Of a DNA stretch of 64,000 bases, positions 63,326 to 64,000 are shown piece after piece. This stretch comes from Squalus acanthias (taxonomy: Eukaryota), in assembly GCA_030390025.1 (NCBI GenBank), contig CM059432.1, positions 11,718,001 to 11,782,000 of the forward strand, read 5' to 3'. The translations under genes and the position numbers were made by a program. The stretch's first letter is position 1, and every line of letters starts with the position of its first letter. The notes beneath the pieces are model-generated. The model saw nothing but the letters and a program-made list of their open reading frames with translations, had not been told where the DNA came from and made no database searches.

Positions 63326-63843
63326 TAATCTACCCCAATATGTTTATTTATTGGTGGTGTATGTATGTTGAGGGAAGAATACTTGGTCAGCGCTGGGAGT
63401 CAAAAAGTGCCATGGGACCATTTACATTTGCCTAAACCATTAGTACAGACGTCAGCCTAAATTCTGTGCTCAAGTCCTGATGTGGGTCTTGAACCTACAA
63501 CTTGGGGCTTAGGAGCCGAGGTTGCTACCAACTGAACCAGGCTGGCACTCTGAGTAAGGTCGGGACAATCACATATAAGGGCAGTGCAAACGAGATGCAA
63601 ATTTATGATAATTTTGTAGCTGTTTTATGTGTTCTGTCTAAAAGTTTCAAACCAAACTTGTGCTTTCATAAATGCTTCAGAAACGTTGCAAAGATTGTCA
63701 CAAACTCCTGTTGCTATTGTCAATTTCGGATGCTGAAAATGTACGGCTTTGGTTAGAAACAAGAATTGCAGTTTGTTTGTTAATAGTTCCGACAGAGAAT
63801 TCCCCGTGCAAATTTCCCTTGTAACCATCTATCTGTTGTCCAG

Positions 63844-64000
63844 GTGTCCAGGCTAAGCAGTTTCTTACCTCGGATGAACCGCCAACCGTTTTTCCCAACC
63901 ATACAAACAGCCTCCATGCTCAATTCCTACCCCGTGGAAGCCGCCATATTTGGTATAATGGGGGCTGTGTATTTTCTGTGTGGCAGAGTATTTAGCAGCA
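63844..64000 (+). CDS. SPIRE1: SPIRE1 alternative ExonC / exon 13-like mitochondria-targeting exon, running off the window (VSRLSSFLPRMNRQPFFPTIQTASMLNSYPVEAAIFGIMGAVYFLCGRVFSS)
   Basis: ttgtccag| acceptor in phase 0, 52 open codons, placed directly after the ...QSSKSL exon. Aligns without gaps to my recollection of mammalian ExonC (TIQTAS, PxEAAxFG, GAxYxLC). Confidence 0.85.
   Translation, partial: MSRLSSFLPRMNRQPFFPTIQTASMLNSYPVEAAIFGIMGAVYFLCGRVFSS

Noticed and set aside
60122..63843. Spir-box or FYVE exons of SPIRE1
   Set aside because: I found no EEFCYPVECL-like sequence; these exons should lie beyond the window.
1467..64000. Assignment as SPIRE2
   Set aside because: WH2 sequences, the MRPLSMSYSFDLS exon and the ExonC-like exon all fit SPIRE1.

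Overview
Vertebrate genomic DNA, inferred to be a cartilaginous fish (shark-like) from its CR1, Penelope and DeuSINE repeat content. The whole window lies inside one + strand gene, SPIRE1 (actin nucleator Spire homolog 1). Nine coding exons can be read with GT-AG sites and consistent phases. They cover the myosin-V-binding motif, WH2-A to D, a 42-nt cassette exon, the Ser-rich linker and, at the right edge, an exon that matches the mitochondria-targeting 'ExonC' of mammalian Spire1C. The introns are mostly transposon-derived: many CR1 fragments plus one young, nearly complete CR1 whose ORF1/ORF2 junction carries a UUUAAAC slippery site; Penelope-like insertions with minimal hammerhead ribozymes, including an 872-bp almost perfect palindrome; GC-rich Harbinger-type MITEs with 3-bp target duplications; a decayed Harbinger transposase; a solo LTR; a Vingi-like LINE end; two SINE families; and two minisatellites. 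Family assignments and comparisons with mammalian proteins are from recall, not from database searches.
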